This document shows positions 35,825 through 45,770 of a stretch of DNA of 64,000 nt, piece after piece. The DNA comes from an uncultured beta proteobacterium. Its GTDB lineage: Bacteria > Pseudomonadota > Gammaproteobacteria > Burkholderiales > SG8-41. The stretch spans positions 67,192 through 131,191 of the forward strand of contig CAISYC010000045.1 of assembly GCA_903889565.1 (NCBI GenBank). The letters run 5' to 3'. Position numbers and translations under genes: made by a program. Numbering within the stretch: the first letter of the stretch is position 1; the number at the start of each line of letters is the position of its first letter. Under the pieces are notes generated by a model. It made no database searches and was not told where the DNA came from. It was given only the letters and a program-made list of their open reading frames with translations.

Positions 35825-36538
35825 TCAGAGCTCCCCGTCGAGCGCGGCGGCAGCGGCAGCGCGTTTAAGGCCGGCGATGCCGATGGTCGGCGCAATCTGT
35901 TTGGGGCAGCGTTCACTGCAACTCATGTGTGTGTGACAGGCGTGACAACCGGCGTCGCCGGCAACCGCCACCAGCCGTTCGACGCGCCGCGTATCGCGCA
36001 CGTCGTTGTGCAGGGTCCACGCGCGGTTGAGCGCGGCGGGCCCGAGATAGTCGGGCTTCCACTGCACGACATCGCAGGCGCTGTAGCAGACGCCGCAGCC
36101 GATGCATTCGATGCCGGCATCGACATGGCGCCGCTGCGGCGAATCGGGCATTACGCGCGCGAAATCGTCGTCGCGCGTGCGCGCGCCGGTGAAACGCCCG
36201 CGGGCCTTCGCCCATTTGTCGAAGAACTGTTCCATGTTGGTGACCAGATCCTTGATCACCGGCAGGTTCGACAGCGGCGCAATTTCAAGCTGTCCGTCGG
36301 CGGCGACTTTTTCGACATGGGTGCGACAGGTCCAGCGCGCGCGGCCGTTGACGTTCATCGCGCAGGAACCGCAGACGCCGACGCGGCAGGCAAAGCGGTA
36401 GGCCAGCGAAGGATCGATCGCGCGTTGTATGTGCGTGACGACATCGAGCACCGTCTGGCTGGCCAGTCGCGGCACTTCGTACGTTTGAAAGCCGCCCTTC
36501 TCGGCACCGCGCCAGACCGCGACTTTCAGCATGGCCAT
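35825..36538 (-). CDS. succinate dehydrogenase/fumarate reductase iron-sulfur subunit
   Basis: Cys clusters CRVGVCGSCAMNVNG, CIGCGVCYSAC and CHACHTHMSCSERCP. Confidence 0.9.
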   Translation of the reverse strand: MAMLKVAVWRGAEKGGFQTYEVPRLASQTVLDVVTHIQRAIDPSLAYRFACRVGVCGSCAMNVNGRARWTCRTHVEKVAADGQLEIAPLSNLPVIKDLVTNMEQFFDKWAKARGRFTGARTRDDDFARVMPDSPQRRHVDAGIECIGCGVCYSACDVVQWKPDYLGPAALNRAWTLHNDVRDTRRVERLVAVAGDAGCHACHTHMSCSERCPKQIAPTIGIAGLKRAAAAAALDGEL

Positions 36539-36561
36539 CGTTAGCCGAAGAAACAGATTAA

Positions 36562-36632
36562 GCGACAGAGGACACCGAGTTCACCGAGAGAGTTTGTAAG
36601 TGTCACTCTGTTTTCTCCATGAACTCTGTGGC
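36562..36632. repeat. REP/MITE-like imperfect palindromic element (copy B)
   Basis: The reverse complement of 36562-36589 is TCTCGGTGAACTCGGTGTCCTCTGTCGC, matching the copy A unit at 25/28. Positions 36614-36632 read TCTCCATGAACTCTGTGGC, the same unit with a 9-nt deletion. The two arms can pair. The element fills the UxaA-to-SdhB spacer. Confidence 0.75.
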
Positions 36633-36645
36633 AGGGCCGTTTGAT

Positions 36646-37815
36646 TTACGCGCTTTCGTAGAGACGGGTCAGCACGAATTCACGGTGCCCCAGCGCCTCG
36701 GCAGCAGTCAGGCGGCCGTTGCAGGTGCGCAGCATCACCTCGAGCAGTTCTTCGCCGGTCTCGTCGAGATTTTTCTGGCGCTGCAACAGTCCCGAGCAAT
36801 CGTGATCGATATGTTCGGACATCGTGCGCACGGTGCGCGGATTGGCGCACAGCTTGATCACCGGCACGATCGGATTGCCGATGACATTGCCCTGCCCGGT
36901 CGGGAAGAAATGCACCACGTAGCCGGCGGCCGCGCACAGGGTCACCATTTCCGCCGCGGCGGACGACGAATCCATGAACCAGAGTCCGGGTTTGGTCGGC
37001 GTTTCCGCCTTGTCGAGACAACCGATCACCTTGCACTTCTTGCCGATCTTCTGGATATTGCCGAGCGCCTTTTCCTCGATCGTGGTCAGGCCGCCGGCGA
37101 TATTGCCCTTGGTCGGCTGCGAATCCGACAGATCGCTGGTTTTGTGCCGCTCGACCACTTCCTGATAACGGTTGAACATCGCCATGAAATGATCGCGCAC
37201 CTGCGGCGTCGCGCAGCGCGCGGCGACGATATGCTCGCCACCGGTGATCTCGGTGGTTTCACCGAACACCATGGTGACGCCGAGCGGTTCGAGTTTGTCG
37301 AAGGCATTGCCGACGGTCGGATTGGCGCCGCAGCCCGAGGTGGTGTCGGACTCGCCGCACTTGGTCGACACCCACAGATCGCTGATCGGGCACTCGACGC
37401 GCTGCAGTTCCGAAGCCCACTGCACGTATTCCTTCGCCACCTTGGACGCGCGCATGATGGTGTCGTGATCGCCGTGCAGCTCGATGCCGAAGCCGGTTAC
37501 CGGTTTGCCGGTCCTGGCGATGCCATCGACGACTTTTTTTGTCCACTCGGACTCGATGCCGATGACGACCACCGCGGCGACATTCGGGTTGGCGCCGGTG
37601 CCGATGATAGTGCGGAAATGCAGATCGAGATCGGCGCCAAACTGCAGACGACCGTAGGGATGGGGGATCGCCAGCGTGCCCTTGATATTGTTGGCGACGC
37701 CTTCGCAGGCCGCATTGGCCAGATCGTCGACCGGCAGGATGATGACGTGATTGCGCACGCCGACGCGGCCGTTTTCGCGGCGATAGCCCCAGAATGTCGT
37801 ATTGCTGGAAATCAT
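36646..37815 (-). CDS. UxaA-family (altronate/galactarate dehydratase-type) large subunit
   Basis: [21 protein letters not shown]... is typical of the UxaA C-terminal catalytic domain. GGAGA RBS upstream. Confidence 0.85.
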   Translation of the reverse strand: MISSNTTFWGYRRENGRVGVRNHVIILPVDDLANAACEGVANNIKGTLAIPHPYGRLQFGADLDLHFRTIIGTGANPNVAAVVVIGIESEWTKKVVDGIARTGKPVTGFGIELHGDHDTIMRASKVAKEYVQWASELQRVECPISDLWVSTKCGESDTTSGCGANPTVGNAFDKLEPLGVTMVFGETTEITGGEHIVAARCATPQVRDHFMAMFNRYQEVVERHKTSDLSDSQPTKGNIAGGLTTIEEKALGNIQKIGKKCKVIGCLDKAETPTKPGLWFMDSSSAAAEMVTLCAAAGYVVHFFPTGQGNVIGNPIVPVIKLCANPRTVRTMSEHIDHDCSGLLQRQKNLDETGEELLEVMLRTCNGRLTAAEALGHREFVLTRLYESA

Positions 37816-37855
37816 GATTTCTCCAAATTGTTATCGTCGCGACTGCGGCGCACGT

Positions 37856-38137
37856 TTACCAGCGTTTGGTTTTTATATTGTGCACATGCGCGTGCGCGCC
37901 GGCCTTGATATCGGCGATCGATTTGCCGATGTCGATGCCGTACTTGATGATGGTTTCACCGCTCTTGATGTCCTTGAGGGCGAGCTTGTGGCCGATCGGA
38001 ATGTCCTGCTCCGCCTTGAGCGCGATCGTGCGATCTTCGTCCATAATCCAGCCGGTCAGCTCCTGCCCGGCCTTGACGCCCTCGACCACCACCACGGCGA
38101 CGGTGTCCTTCGGGTCATGCAATACGAAATGAATCAT
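37856..38137 (-). CDS. UxaA-family small subunit (SAF domain)
   Basis: 93 aa with DTVAVVV...IPIGHKLALKDIKSGETIIKYG, the N-terminal SAF module of altronate dehydratases. AGGAG RBS upstream. Confidence 0.85.
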   Translation of the reverse strand: MIHFVLHDPKDTVAVVVVEGVKAGQELTGWIMDEDRTIALKAEQDIPIGHKLALKDIKSGETIIKYGIDIGKSIADIKAGAHAHVHNIKTKRW

Positions 38138-38246
38138 GCCTGCTCCTGATCGATACCTTTGAATTCCCCACGCGGGGCGGATTGCGGAATATGACTGCGG
38201 CCGATACTACACGCCTGCTGAAATAAGCGTCAACCGCTCGCGGCGT

Positions 38247-39941
38247 CTAGAGTTTCTGTATTTCGCGACGGATCGCGTCGAGCTTCTCCGGATCCTTGAT
38301 GTTTTTAAGCAGCCAGTTGAATTGCGTGCGCGCGTCGTCCTTCATGCCGGCACGACCGAGATTGGCCGCCGCGGCGATACGCGCGTTGATCGACAGGAGG
38401 TCTGGCGGGCGCGCATCCATCATCAGCGCCGCCTCGAGAAACTGGTCGGCAGCGCGCGGAAAATCGTAATTCGCCTCGGCAATCCGCGCAATGCCATAAA
38501 GAATGTCGCGGCGTTCGCGCAGGGCTGCCAGCGGCAGCAATGCGCGGTAGAGTTCATCGGCTGTCTTGTAATGCCCGGCGTCCTGCATCTCGACAATCAC
38601 TGCAATGGCGCGCCGCATCAATTCCGCCGGCAGGGATTTTTTGTCACCGACGAGCGCGCGCAATGCTTCGCTGCCGGCGCTGACGGCGCCCGCGCGCACC
38701 AGGGACTGGGCGAGCCGCAGATTCCAGTCATCGGCATCCAGATCAGGCGGCGCATTTAAGCCGATCCACCAGCGCGCCGCCGGCTCCTGCAGGTTGTTGT
38801 CGGCCGCCATGCCGCCAAGCAGAAAGCGCGCCTGCGGATCGAGTTGGGTCGATGGAAACCGTGCGGCATCGCCGAACAGGCGCACCGCCGTCAGCGGCAG
38901 CCTCGAACCCTGCAGCGAATAAACGAGCTGCAATTGCGCGCTCAGACGCGTCGCGCGCACCTTGCTGTTGATCGCCAAATAAGCAAAAAACGCGCGGCTG
39001 GCCGTCGCGCTGGTAGCGGCGCGCCGCGCGCCGAAATCGGCCCAGTTGCTCTCGTCACCGACCAGCAGCTGCTCCTGGTTGGCGATTTCCTGCGCCGCCG
39101 CCGCATACGCCTTCCAGAGTTCGGCAGCCATCGCGGCAGTGCGTTCGGGCACCTTGTCCGCGGCCAGCTGCAACAGGTTTTCCATCGCCTCGACATTGAG
39201 GATGGTGTTGCGCTGCGCGGCGGCCGCATATTGCAGCACAATCCAGTACGGTACCGCCGCGGCATTTTTCGCGAGCCCCGCGCGCGCCTGCGTGATCGCG
39301 GCTTCCGGCGTAACGAGATTGGTCTGCAGACGCAGCAACAACTTCACCGGACTGGCTTCGTCGAGCTGGGCGAACCAGTTGATCGCCTCCTTCTCCATGC
39401 CGCTGGCAAGCAGCGCATCGACAAACCGTGCAGCGGTGTCGCGATCGACCGGTTTGTAGTCCTGCTGATAACGCAACATCAGGGCGTACGCCTCGCGCGG
39501 CTTGTTTTCAGCGAGGTAGCTTTCGATCACCAGCAAACGCGCCTGGCGCAATTCTTCGGCAGAGGTTTCGTTCTGCCACAAAAGACGCGCCAGCAGATCG
39601 CGGCCGGCCGCGCCCTGGCCGACGGCAATCGCCGCGCGCGCGCCCTGCATGAGGCAAAAGCGCGCGACGTTTTGCGGCACGGTGTTCGGCAAGGTGGCGA
39701 TGCGTTTCGCCAGTTCCTGATGGCGGTTGAGGCGGTACATCAGCGTGCAGCGCAATTGCTCCCAATCGCCCCAGCGCGGCGCCGACACCGCAGCGGGTTG
39801 CTGCTGATCGACTCGGGCAAGCGCGGCCTGCCATGCGCCGGCATCGGCAAAACGCTGCGCGATGTCGAGCGGATCGGACACGCCCTGCGCAGGCGCGGCG
39901 AGAGACAGCATAAGAAGCAGGAACAGGTACAGGAGGCGCAT
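38247..39941 (-). CDS. hypothetical secreted, predominantly helical protein (564 aa)
   Basis: Clear signal peptide MRLLYLFLLLMLSLAAPAQG. Ala/Leu-rich helical-repeat-like sequence with no motif I can assign. The track start at 40214 is rejected because it crosses a terminator and rplS. Confidence 0.6.
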   Translation of the reverse strand: MRLLYLFLLLMLSLAAPAQGVSDPLDIAQRFADAGAWQAALARVDQQQPAAVSAPRWGDWEQLRCTLMYRLNRHQELAKRIATLPNTVPQNVARFCLMQGARAAIAVGQGAAGRDLLARLLWQNETSAEELRQARLLVIESYLAENKPREAYALMLRYQQDYKPVDRDTAARFVDALLASGMEKEAINWFAQLDEASPVKLLLRLQTNLVTPEAAITQARAGLAKNAAAVPYWIVLQYAAAAQRNTILNVEAMENLLQLAADKVPERTAAMAAELWKAYAAAAQEIANQEQLLVGDESNWADFGARRAATSATASRAFFAYLAINSKVRATRLSAQLQLVYSLQGSRLPLTAVRLFGDAARFPSTQLDPQARFLLGGMAADNNLQEPAARWWIGLNAPPDLDADDWNLRLAQSLVRAGAVSAGSEALRALVGDKKSLPAELMRRAIAVIVEMQDAGHYKTADELYRALLPLAALRERRDILYGIARIAEANYDFPRAADQFLEAALMMDARPPDLLSINARIAAAANLGRAGMKDDARTQFNWLLKNIKDPEKLDAIRREIQKL

Positions 39942-39995
39942 CGCGCTATTGTAGTTTTGTTGGTCGCGAATACCCAAGCGCCGCGGCACGCGGAC

Positions 39996-40028
39996 AATAA
40001 AAAAGGCGGCCTGCGCCGCCTTTTTTAT
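39996..40028 (-). terminator. intrinsic terminator after rplS (bidirectional shape)
   Basis: AAAAAAGGCGGC-CTGC-GCCGCCTTTTTT forms a perfect GC stem flanked by A and T runs, 14 nt downstream of the rplS stop. Confidence 0.85.
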
Positions 40029-40041
40029 TGCGATGGAAATA

Positions 40042-40461
40042 TTACTTGGCTTCCGCCGCTGCCTGCTGAGGCTGCTCTTCCACCGGCGGCAGAATCTCGC
40101 GCTCGACGGTTTCAAGACGCTCCTTGATACGCGCGGCCTTGCCCGAACGCTGGCGCAGGTAATAGAGCTTGGAGCGGCGCACATCGCCCTTGCGCTTGAC
40201 CTCGATCGAGGCAATCAGCGGCGAATAGGTCTGGAAGGTGCGTTCGACGCCTTCGCCCGACGAAACCTTGCGCACCGTGAACGCGGAATTGAGACCGCGA
40301 TTGCGCCGAGCGATGACGACGCCCTCGAAAGCCTGCACGCGCTTGCGGTCGCCTTCGACCACGTTGACGTTTACGATCACAGTGTCGCCCGCCTTGAATA
40401 CCGGCACCTTCTTGGCCAGACGCGCGACTTCTTCGTTTTCCAGTGTTTGTATCAGGTCCAT
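40042..40461 (-). CDS. rplS: 50S ribosomal protein L19
   Basis: [11 protein letters not shown]...[44 protein letters not shown] is the canonical L19 sequence. Confidence 0.97.
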   Translation of the reverse strand: MDLIQTLENEEVARLAKKVPVFKAGDTVIVNVNVVEGDRKRVQAFEGVVIARRNRGLNSAFTVRKVSSGEGVERTFQTYSPLIASIEVKRKGDVRRSKLYYLRQRSGKAARIKERLETVEREILPPVEEQPQQAAAEAK

Positions 40462-40463
40462 GC

Positions 40464-41222
40464 TCACGCTCCACTCAATTCCTGCTTGAATTCTTCGAGC
40501 AATTTCTGCTCGTCCACACTCATCGTTCGCCGTTCCAGCAACTCGGGCCGGCGTTGCCACGTCCGTCCCAGCGCCTGCTTCAACCGCCAGCGGCCGATAT
40601 CGGCATGGTTGCCCGACATCAACACCGGCGGCACCGCCAGTCCTTCATACAGTTCGGGCCGCGTGTACTGCGGGCAATCCAGCAACCCGTCCACAAACGA
40701 CTCCTGGTGCGCCGATTCGGCATCACCCAAAGCCCCGGGCAGCTGCCGCACAATGCAATCGATCAACACCATTGCTGCCAGTTCGCCGCCGGACAACACG
40801 TAGTCGCCGATCGACACTTCATCATCAACGTTGCGCGCAATCACGCGCTCATCGACGCCTTCGTAACGCCCCGCCAGCAGAACCAGTCCCTGCTCCGCCG
40901 ACAATTCCATCACCAGCGCATGGTTCAGCACACGGCCTTGCGGCGACAGGTAGATGACGCGCGGTTTCTGCACGCCTGCACTCGCCTGCCGCTGCCGCGC
41001 CGCGGAAACTGCACGTTCCAGCGGCTCTGCCATCATCACCATGCCCGGACCACCGCCATACGGCCGGTCGTCCACAGTTCGGTAGGCGTTGCGCGCAAAA
41101 TCGCGCGGATTCCACGCCACCAACCCGTACAACCCGCGGTCACGCGCCCGGCCGGTGATTCCGGCCTCGGTCACCGCCTCGTACATCGGCGGAAACAGCG
41201 TCACCACATCGAACTGAAGCAT
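40464..41222 (-). CDS. trmD: tRNA (guanine37-N1)-methyltransferase
   Basis: [11 protein letters not shown]...YGGGPGMVM...[20 protein letters not shown] motifs. Confidence 0.97.
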   Translation of the reverse strand: MLQFDVVTLFPPMYEAVTEAGITGRARDRGLYGLVAWNPRDFARNAYRTVDDRPYGGGPGMVMMAEPLERAVSAARQRQASAGVQKPRVIYLSPQGRVLNHALVMELSAEQGLVLLAGRYEGVDERVIARNVDDEVSIGDYVLSGGELAAMVLIDCIVRQLPGALGDAESAHQESFVDGLLDCPQYTRPELYEGLAVPPVLMSGNHADIGRWRLKQALGRTWQRRPELLERRTMSVDEQKLLEEFKQELSGA

Positions 41223-41710
41223 CAGTAATCCTCGCCCCAGTCCACTTCAATCTCGCCCGCCGCCACCCGCACGGCTTTGATGACGCCGGCGATAAACGGA
41301 ATCAGCGTTTCGCGCTCCCCGCCTTTCACAACCAATACGTCGTTGGCGCCGGTCTGCAGAATCCGTTCAACCCGACCGAAATCGTAACGCGCCGCATTCA
41401 CCACTTTCAGGCCGATCAAATCAGCCCAGTAAAACTCGCCTTCTTCGGCTGCCGGCAATTCGCTGCGCGGCACCGCCACATCAGAACCCCTGAGCGCCGC
41501 CGCCGCCTCGCGGTCGACAACGCCATCCAGCTGCGCGACCAGCACATTGCCCTGCAGCCTGCTGGAGAGAACGCGCACCTCGCGCCAGCTGCCGTTGCGT
41601 CCCAAACGCCAAACCGGGTAATCGCACAGGCTTTCCGGGTCCGCGGCGAGGGTGTGAATCTTGACCCAGCCCCTGACGCCGAATGGAACGGTCACCCGCC
41701 CCATCACCAC
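41222..41710 (-). CDS. rimM: 16S rRNA processing protein RimM
   Basis: [18 protein letters not shown] motif. Start placed at GTG 41710, just after the rpsP stop. The track start at 41782 would overlap rpsP by 65 nt. Stop overlaps the trmD ATG (ATGA). Confidence 0.85.
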   Translation of the reverse strand: MVMGRVTVPFGVRGWVKIHTLAADPESLCDYPVWRLGRNGSWREVRVLSSRLQGNVLVAQLDGVVDREAAAALRGSDVAVPRSELPAAEEGEFYWADLIGLKVVNAARYDFGRVERILQTGANDVLVVKGGERETLIPFIAGVIKAVRVAAGEIEVDWGEDY

Positions 41711-41717
41711 CAGATCG

Positions 41718-41972
41718 TCAGGCAGCTTGCTTGGCGCCGAATTGCTTGACGAGACGCGCTGCGGTGTCGCTGATTTGCGCACCCTTGCCCTGCCAGTAAG
41801 TCAGCCGATCGGCCTGATAGCGGAACGATTCCTGACCTTCCGGCGCTTTCGGATTGTAAAAACCGATGCGCTCGATGAAACGGCCGTCGCGGGCGCGTTT
41901 GGAATCGGCTACCACCAGATTAAAAAACGGCCGCTTTTTGGCGCCGCCGCGTGCCAGTCTAATCACAACCAT
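41718..41972 (-). CDS. rpsP: 30S ribosomal protein S16
   Basis: [41 protein letters not shown] is the canonical S16 sequence. Confidence 0.97.
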   Translation of the reverse strand: MVVIRLARGGAKKRPFFNLVVADSKRARDGRFIERIGFYNPKAPEGQESFRYQADRLTYWQGKGAQISDTAARLVKQFGAKQAA

Positions 41973-42004
41973 GTTACCGACCCCGAAAATGCGGAAAGGG
42001 CGTG

Positions 42005-42034
42005 ATTTTACGCTAGTTTTTGCCGTCGGCGCAA
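42005..42034 (-). promoter_or_regulatory. candidate sigma-70 promoter for rpsP-rimM-trmD-rplS
   Basis: Minus strand has TTGCGC (42029-42034), an 18-nt spacer and TAAAAT (42005-42010), about 33 nt upstream of the rpsP ATG. Confidence 0.4.
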
Positions 42035-42142
42035 GAACAAACCAACGCCTGCGCCGGCGCGTTGCCGGTGCAGGCTTTTGCGGCCAAGCTATTGACCATA
42101 AAGACCTAAGCGGCTTGCGACGGGATATTCAGGCCGCCGCCA

Positions 42143-43492
42143 TCAGCGCATGCCGGGCAGCATGCCCTTCATTGATCGCATCATTTTGGCCATTCCGCCC
42201 TTGGCCATCATTTTCATCATCTTCTGCGTTTGTTCGAATTGCGCCAGCAGGCGATTGACCTCCTGCACGCTGACGCCCGAGCCGGCAGCAATGCGACGCT
42301 TGCGCGAGGCCTTGAGCAATTCCGGTTTGCTGCGCTCCTGCGGCGTCATCGAATTGATGATGCCTTCGATACGACGCAACTGCCGGTCATCCACCTGGGC
42401 ATTGCCCGCAGCCTGCGCAAGTTGTCCCGGCAGTTTGTCGACCAGCGCGGCGACGCCGCCCATTTTCTTCATCTGGGCGATCTGCTGCTTGAAGTCCTCG
42501 AGATCAAAGCCCTTGCCGGATTTGAGCTTGCGCGCGAATTTCTCCGCCTCGTCGCGATCGACCGAACGCTGCGCGTCCTCGATCAGCGACAGCACGTCGC
42601 CCATGCCGAGAATGCGCGAAGCCATGCGCTCGGGGTGAAAGGTTTCAAGGCCGTCGAGTTTTTCGCCGACGCCGGCGAATTTGATCGGCGCGCCGGTGAC
42701 CTGACGCACCGACAGCGCGGCGCCGCCGCGGGCATCGCCGTCAAGTTTGGTCAGCACCACCCCGGTCAACGGCAACGCGTCGGCAAACGCCTTAGCCACA
42801 TTGACTGCGTCCTGCCCCTGCATCGCGTCGACCACGAACAGCGTTTCGACCGGATGCAATGCAGCGTGCAACGCACGAATCTCCTGCATCATCGCCTCGT
42901 CGATGGCGAGCCGACCCGCCGTGTCGACAATCAACACGTCGTGATAATGCTTGCGCGCGTAGTCGACGGCGGCGAGCGCGATTTTTTCGGGTTGCTCGCC
43001 GACTTGAGACGGAAAAAAATCGACCTCGACCTGCGCCGCAAGCGTTTTCAACTGCTCGATTGCCGCCGGGCGATAAACGTCGCAACTGACCAGCAAAACT
43101 TTTTTCTTGTGCTGCTCGTGCAGCATTTTCGCAAGCTTGCCGCTGGTGGTCGTTTTGCCCGAGCCCTGCAAACCGGCCATCAGGATCACCGCCGGCGGCG
43201 TGGTGGCGAGATTGAGCCCGCTCGCGGCCTCGCCCATCAGCATCACCAGTTCGCGGTGCACCACGCCGACCAGCGCCTGACCGGGCGTGAGGCTGCCGGC
43301 GACTTCCTGTCCCAATGCACGTTCGCGCACGCGGGCGACAAAGTCGCGCACCACCGGCAGCGCGACGTCGGCCTCGAGCAGCGCCACGCGCACTTCGCGC
43401 AAGGCGTCCTGAATGTTGGATTCGGTCAGCCGCGCTTCGCCGCGCAGCGTCTTGACCACCTGCGACAGGCGGCCGGTCAGATTTTCGAACAT
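42143..43492 (-). CDS. ffh: signal recognition particle protein Ffh
   Basis: MFENLTGRL..., GLQGSGKTTT, DTAGR and a Met-rich C-terminal M domain. ATG at 43492. Confidence 0.97.
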   Translation of the reverse strand: MFENLTGRLSQVVKTLRGEARLTESNIQDALREVRVALLEADVALPVVRDFVARVRERALGQEVAGSLTPGQALVGVVHRELVMLMGEAASGLNLATTPPAVILMAGLQGSGKTTTSGKLAKMLHEQHKKKVLLVSCDVYRPAAIEQLKTLAAQVEVDFFPSQVGEQPEKIALAAVDYARKHYHDVLIVDTAGRLAIDEAMMQEIRALHAALHPVETLFVVDAMQGQDAVNVAKAFADALPLTGVVLTKLDGDARGGAALSVRQVTGAPIKFAGVGEKLDGLETFHPERMASRILGMGDVLSLIEDAQRSVDRDEAEKFARKLKSGKGFDLEDFKQQIAQMKKMGGVAALVDKLPGQLAQAAGNAQVDDRQLRRIEGIINSMTPQERSKPELLKASRKRRIAAGSGVSVQEVNRLLAQFEQTQKMMKMMAKGGMAKMMRSMKGMLPGMR

Positions 43493-43553
43493 GCGGAGAC
43501 TCCGGTTTGCACGGCGGGTGCGCGGCGAATCCACTGGTGTAAACTGCCGCAGG

Positions 43554-44384
43554 ATGAACGCATCCAGTCCGACATTTTATCTGATCGCCTCCCTGCTGTA
43601 TGCGGCGCTCGCTGTCTACTTCTGGCGCACGCGCTGGCACGCGCAGGCACCGGTGGCCGCCGACGGGCGCTCGATCATCGAACACACAGTGGTGCTGGTG
43701 CCGCTGTGCCTGCACGGCCTGCTGCTGTTTACGACGGTGTTTGCCGTCGATGGCATCCATCTCGGCGTCGGCGATGCGGTTTCCGCTATCGTCTGGCTGA
43801 CCGTCGCGATTTACTGGTTCGGCAGTTTTTTCTACCGTATCGAAGGGCTGCAGGCGCTGGTGCTGCCGGTGGCTGCGGTCTGCGCATTCCTGCCGGCACT
43901 GCTGCCGCCGTCACATGCGCTGCCGAACACGCAGCTGCCTGCATTTCAGGTGCACTTGACCATTGCGCTCCTCGCCTACAGCCTGTTTACCATCGCTTCG
44001 TTGCATGTGCTGTTGATGGCGGTGATCGAAAACCGGTTGCACAGCGGCGGCCTGCCGGCGGCCTTGCAGCGCCTGCCCGCCCTGCTGACGATGGAAACGC
44101 TGCTGTTTCGCATCATCCTCGCCGGCTTTGTGTTGCTGACGCTGACGCTCGCCACCGGCATCGTGTATTCGGAAGAGCTTTTCGGCAAGGCGCTGCGCTT
44201 CAATCACAAGACCATATTCGGCATTCTGTCCTGGCTGATCTTCGCCGCCCTGCTTGGCGGCAGACAGCTCTACGGCTGGCGCGGGCGCGTCGCCGTGCGC
44301 TGGACGCTGACCGGCTTTCTGATGCTGGTGCTCGCCTATGTCGGCAGCAAATTCGTGCTTGAAGTGATATTGGGCAGAGGCTGA
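43554..44384 (+). CDS. cytochrome c assembly family (CcsA/YpjD-like) membrane protein
   Basis: Polytopic membrane protein divergent from ffh, as ypjD is in E. coli. ATG at 43554. Confidence 0.75.
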   Translation: MNASSPTFYLIASLLYAALAVYFWRTRWHAQAPVAADGRSIIEHTVVLVPLCLHGLLLFTTVFAVDGIHLGVGDAVSAIVWLTVAIYWFGSFFYRIEGLQALVLPVAAVCAFLPALLPPSHALPNTQLPAFQVHLTIALLAYSLFTIASLHVLLMAVIENRLHSGGLPAALQRLPALLTMETLLFRIILAGFVLLTLTLATGIVYSEELFGKALRFNHKTIFGILSWLIFAALLGGRQLYGWRGRVAVRWTLTGFLMLVLAYVGSKFVLEVILGRG

Positions 44385-44483
44385 CCCGCGGGTTTGAACA
44401 GCGGGGATTCGGGATCGGGTCATCAAATCCTGAACAGCCTGTTGCGTCGATCTTCAATCTCCGACCCTCAACGCTGACCGCGC

Positions 44484-45770
44484 ATGGACGACTTCCCTTT
44501 ATCCGCACAATTCGCTCTCCTCGGCCTGCTGCTGCTGTTGTCGGGATTTTTCTCGATCGCCGAAACGAGCATGATGGCGATCAACCGCTATCGCCTGAAG
44601 GCGCTGGTGCGCGCCGGCCATCGCGGCGCGCGCATCGCCACCGAACTGCTCGCCAAGACGGACCGCCTGCTCGGCGTGATTCTGCTGGGCAACAATCTGG
44701 TCAACGCGGCGGCGGCGGTCCTGGTCAGCGTCATCACGGTTCGTCTGTTTGGCGACGACGAGATTTTTCTCGCCTTGGGCACGCTGGCCGTGACATTTCT
44801 CATTCTGGTTTTTTCCGAGATCACGCCCAAAGTCATCGGCGCCGCGTATGCCGAATCGATTGCGCCGCCGCTTGCCTTTGTACTCAAACCGCTGCTCGGC
44901 GTGCTCTATCCGGTGGTCTGGTTCGTCAATTTGTTCGTGCAGTCGCTGCTGTGGCTGCTGCGCCTCAAACCCAGCCACGCCGCCGAAACCAAATTGACCC
45001 CGGAAGAATTGCGCACACTGGTGCTCGAAGCCGGCAATTACATCCCGAAAAAACACCAGAGCATCCTGCTCAACCTGTTTGACCTTGAGCAGATCACGGT
45101 TGACGACGTGATGACGCCGCGCAGCCAGATCGAGGCGATCGACATCGATGCGCCGCCGGCGACCCTGCGCACGCAGATTGCCACCGCCTATCACCGTCGG
45201 CTCGCCATCTACCAGGAGCAGCCCGACAACATCATCGGCGTCATTCTGGTGCGCAAGGCGCTGAGCCTCAGCCAGGACGATGAAATCAGCCCCGAACAGC
45301 TGCGCGCGCTGATGCGCGAACCGTACTTCGCGCCCTCGGGCACGCCGCTGTTCACCCAGCTCCAGCAGTTTCAGGAACATCAGGACCGGCTGTGTTTTGT
45401 TGTCGATGAATACGGCGAGCTGATGGGCCTGTTGACCCTCGAAGATATCGTCGAGGAACTGATCGGCGAATTCGCCACCCATTCGCCGTTGCAGCCCGGC
45501 GGTTTTTACCCGCAGGCCGACGGCAGCTATCTGGTCGAGGGCGGCAGCCTGCTACGCGAACTGAACCGCAAGCTGGGCTACCGTTTTCCACTCGACGGCC
45601 CGAAAACCCTCAACGGTCTCGTCCTCGAGCATCTGCGCGAGATTCCGGAGCCCGGAACCCGCCTTGAAATCAACGGCCACCACATGCAGGTGGTGCAGAC
45701 CCAGGATCGCATCATCAAGGCGATCAGCCTGGCCCCGCCCGGCGCCGTTGCCAGCGGCCTTCCCGTCTGA
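44484..45770 (+). CDS. HlyC/CorC-family transporter (DUF21/CNNM + CBS pair + CorC_HlyC)
   Basis: N-terminal four-helix membrane domain, VDDVMTPRS CBS entry and a C-terminal FVVDEYGELMGLLTLEDIVEELIGE motif. Confidence 0.85.
   Translation: MDDFPLSAQFALLGLLLLLSGFFSIAETSMMAINRYRLKALVRAGHRGARIATELLAKTDRLLGVILLGNNLVNAAAAVLVSVITVRLFGDDEIFLALGTLAVTFLILVFSEITPKVIGAAYAESIAPPLAFVLKPLLGVLYPVVWFVNLFVQSLLWLLRLKPSHAAETKLTPEELRTLVLEAGNYIPKKHQSILLNLFDLEQITVDDVMTPRSQIEAIDIDAPPATLRTQIATAYHRRLAIYQEQPDNIIGVILVRKALSLSQDDEISPEQLRALMREPYFAPSGTPLFTQLQQFQEHQDRLCFVVDEYGELMGLLTLEDIVEELIGEFATHSPLQPGGFYPQADGSYLVEGGSLLRELNRKLGYRFPLDGPKTLNGLVLEHLREIPEPGTRLEINGHHMQVVQTQDRIIKAISLAPPGAVASGLPV

Noticed and set aside
39942-40214. 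N-terminal extension of the 655-aa ORF
   Set aside because: It crosses the rplS terminator hairpin and overlaps the rplS coding sequence. ATG 39941 gives a canonical signal peptide.
42230-44362. 710-aa ORF on the plus strand spanning ffh and the ypjD-like gene
   Set aside because: Its first part is antisense to ffh and the rest is out of frame with the ccsA/ypjD-like gene. It has no recognisable domains.
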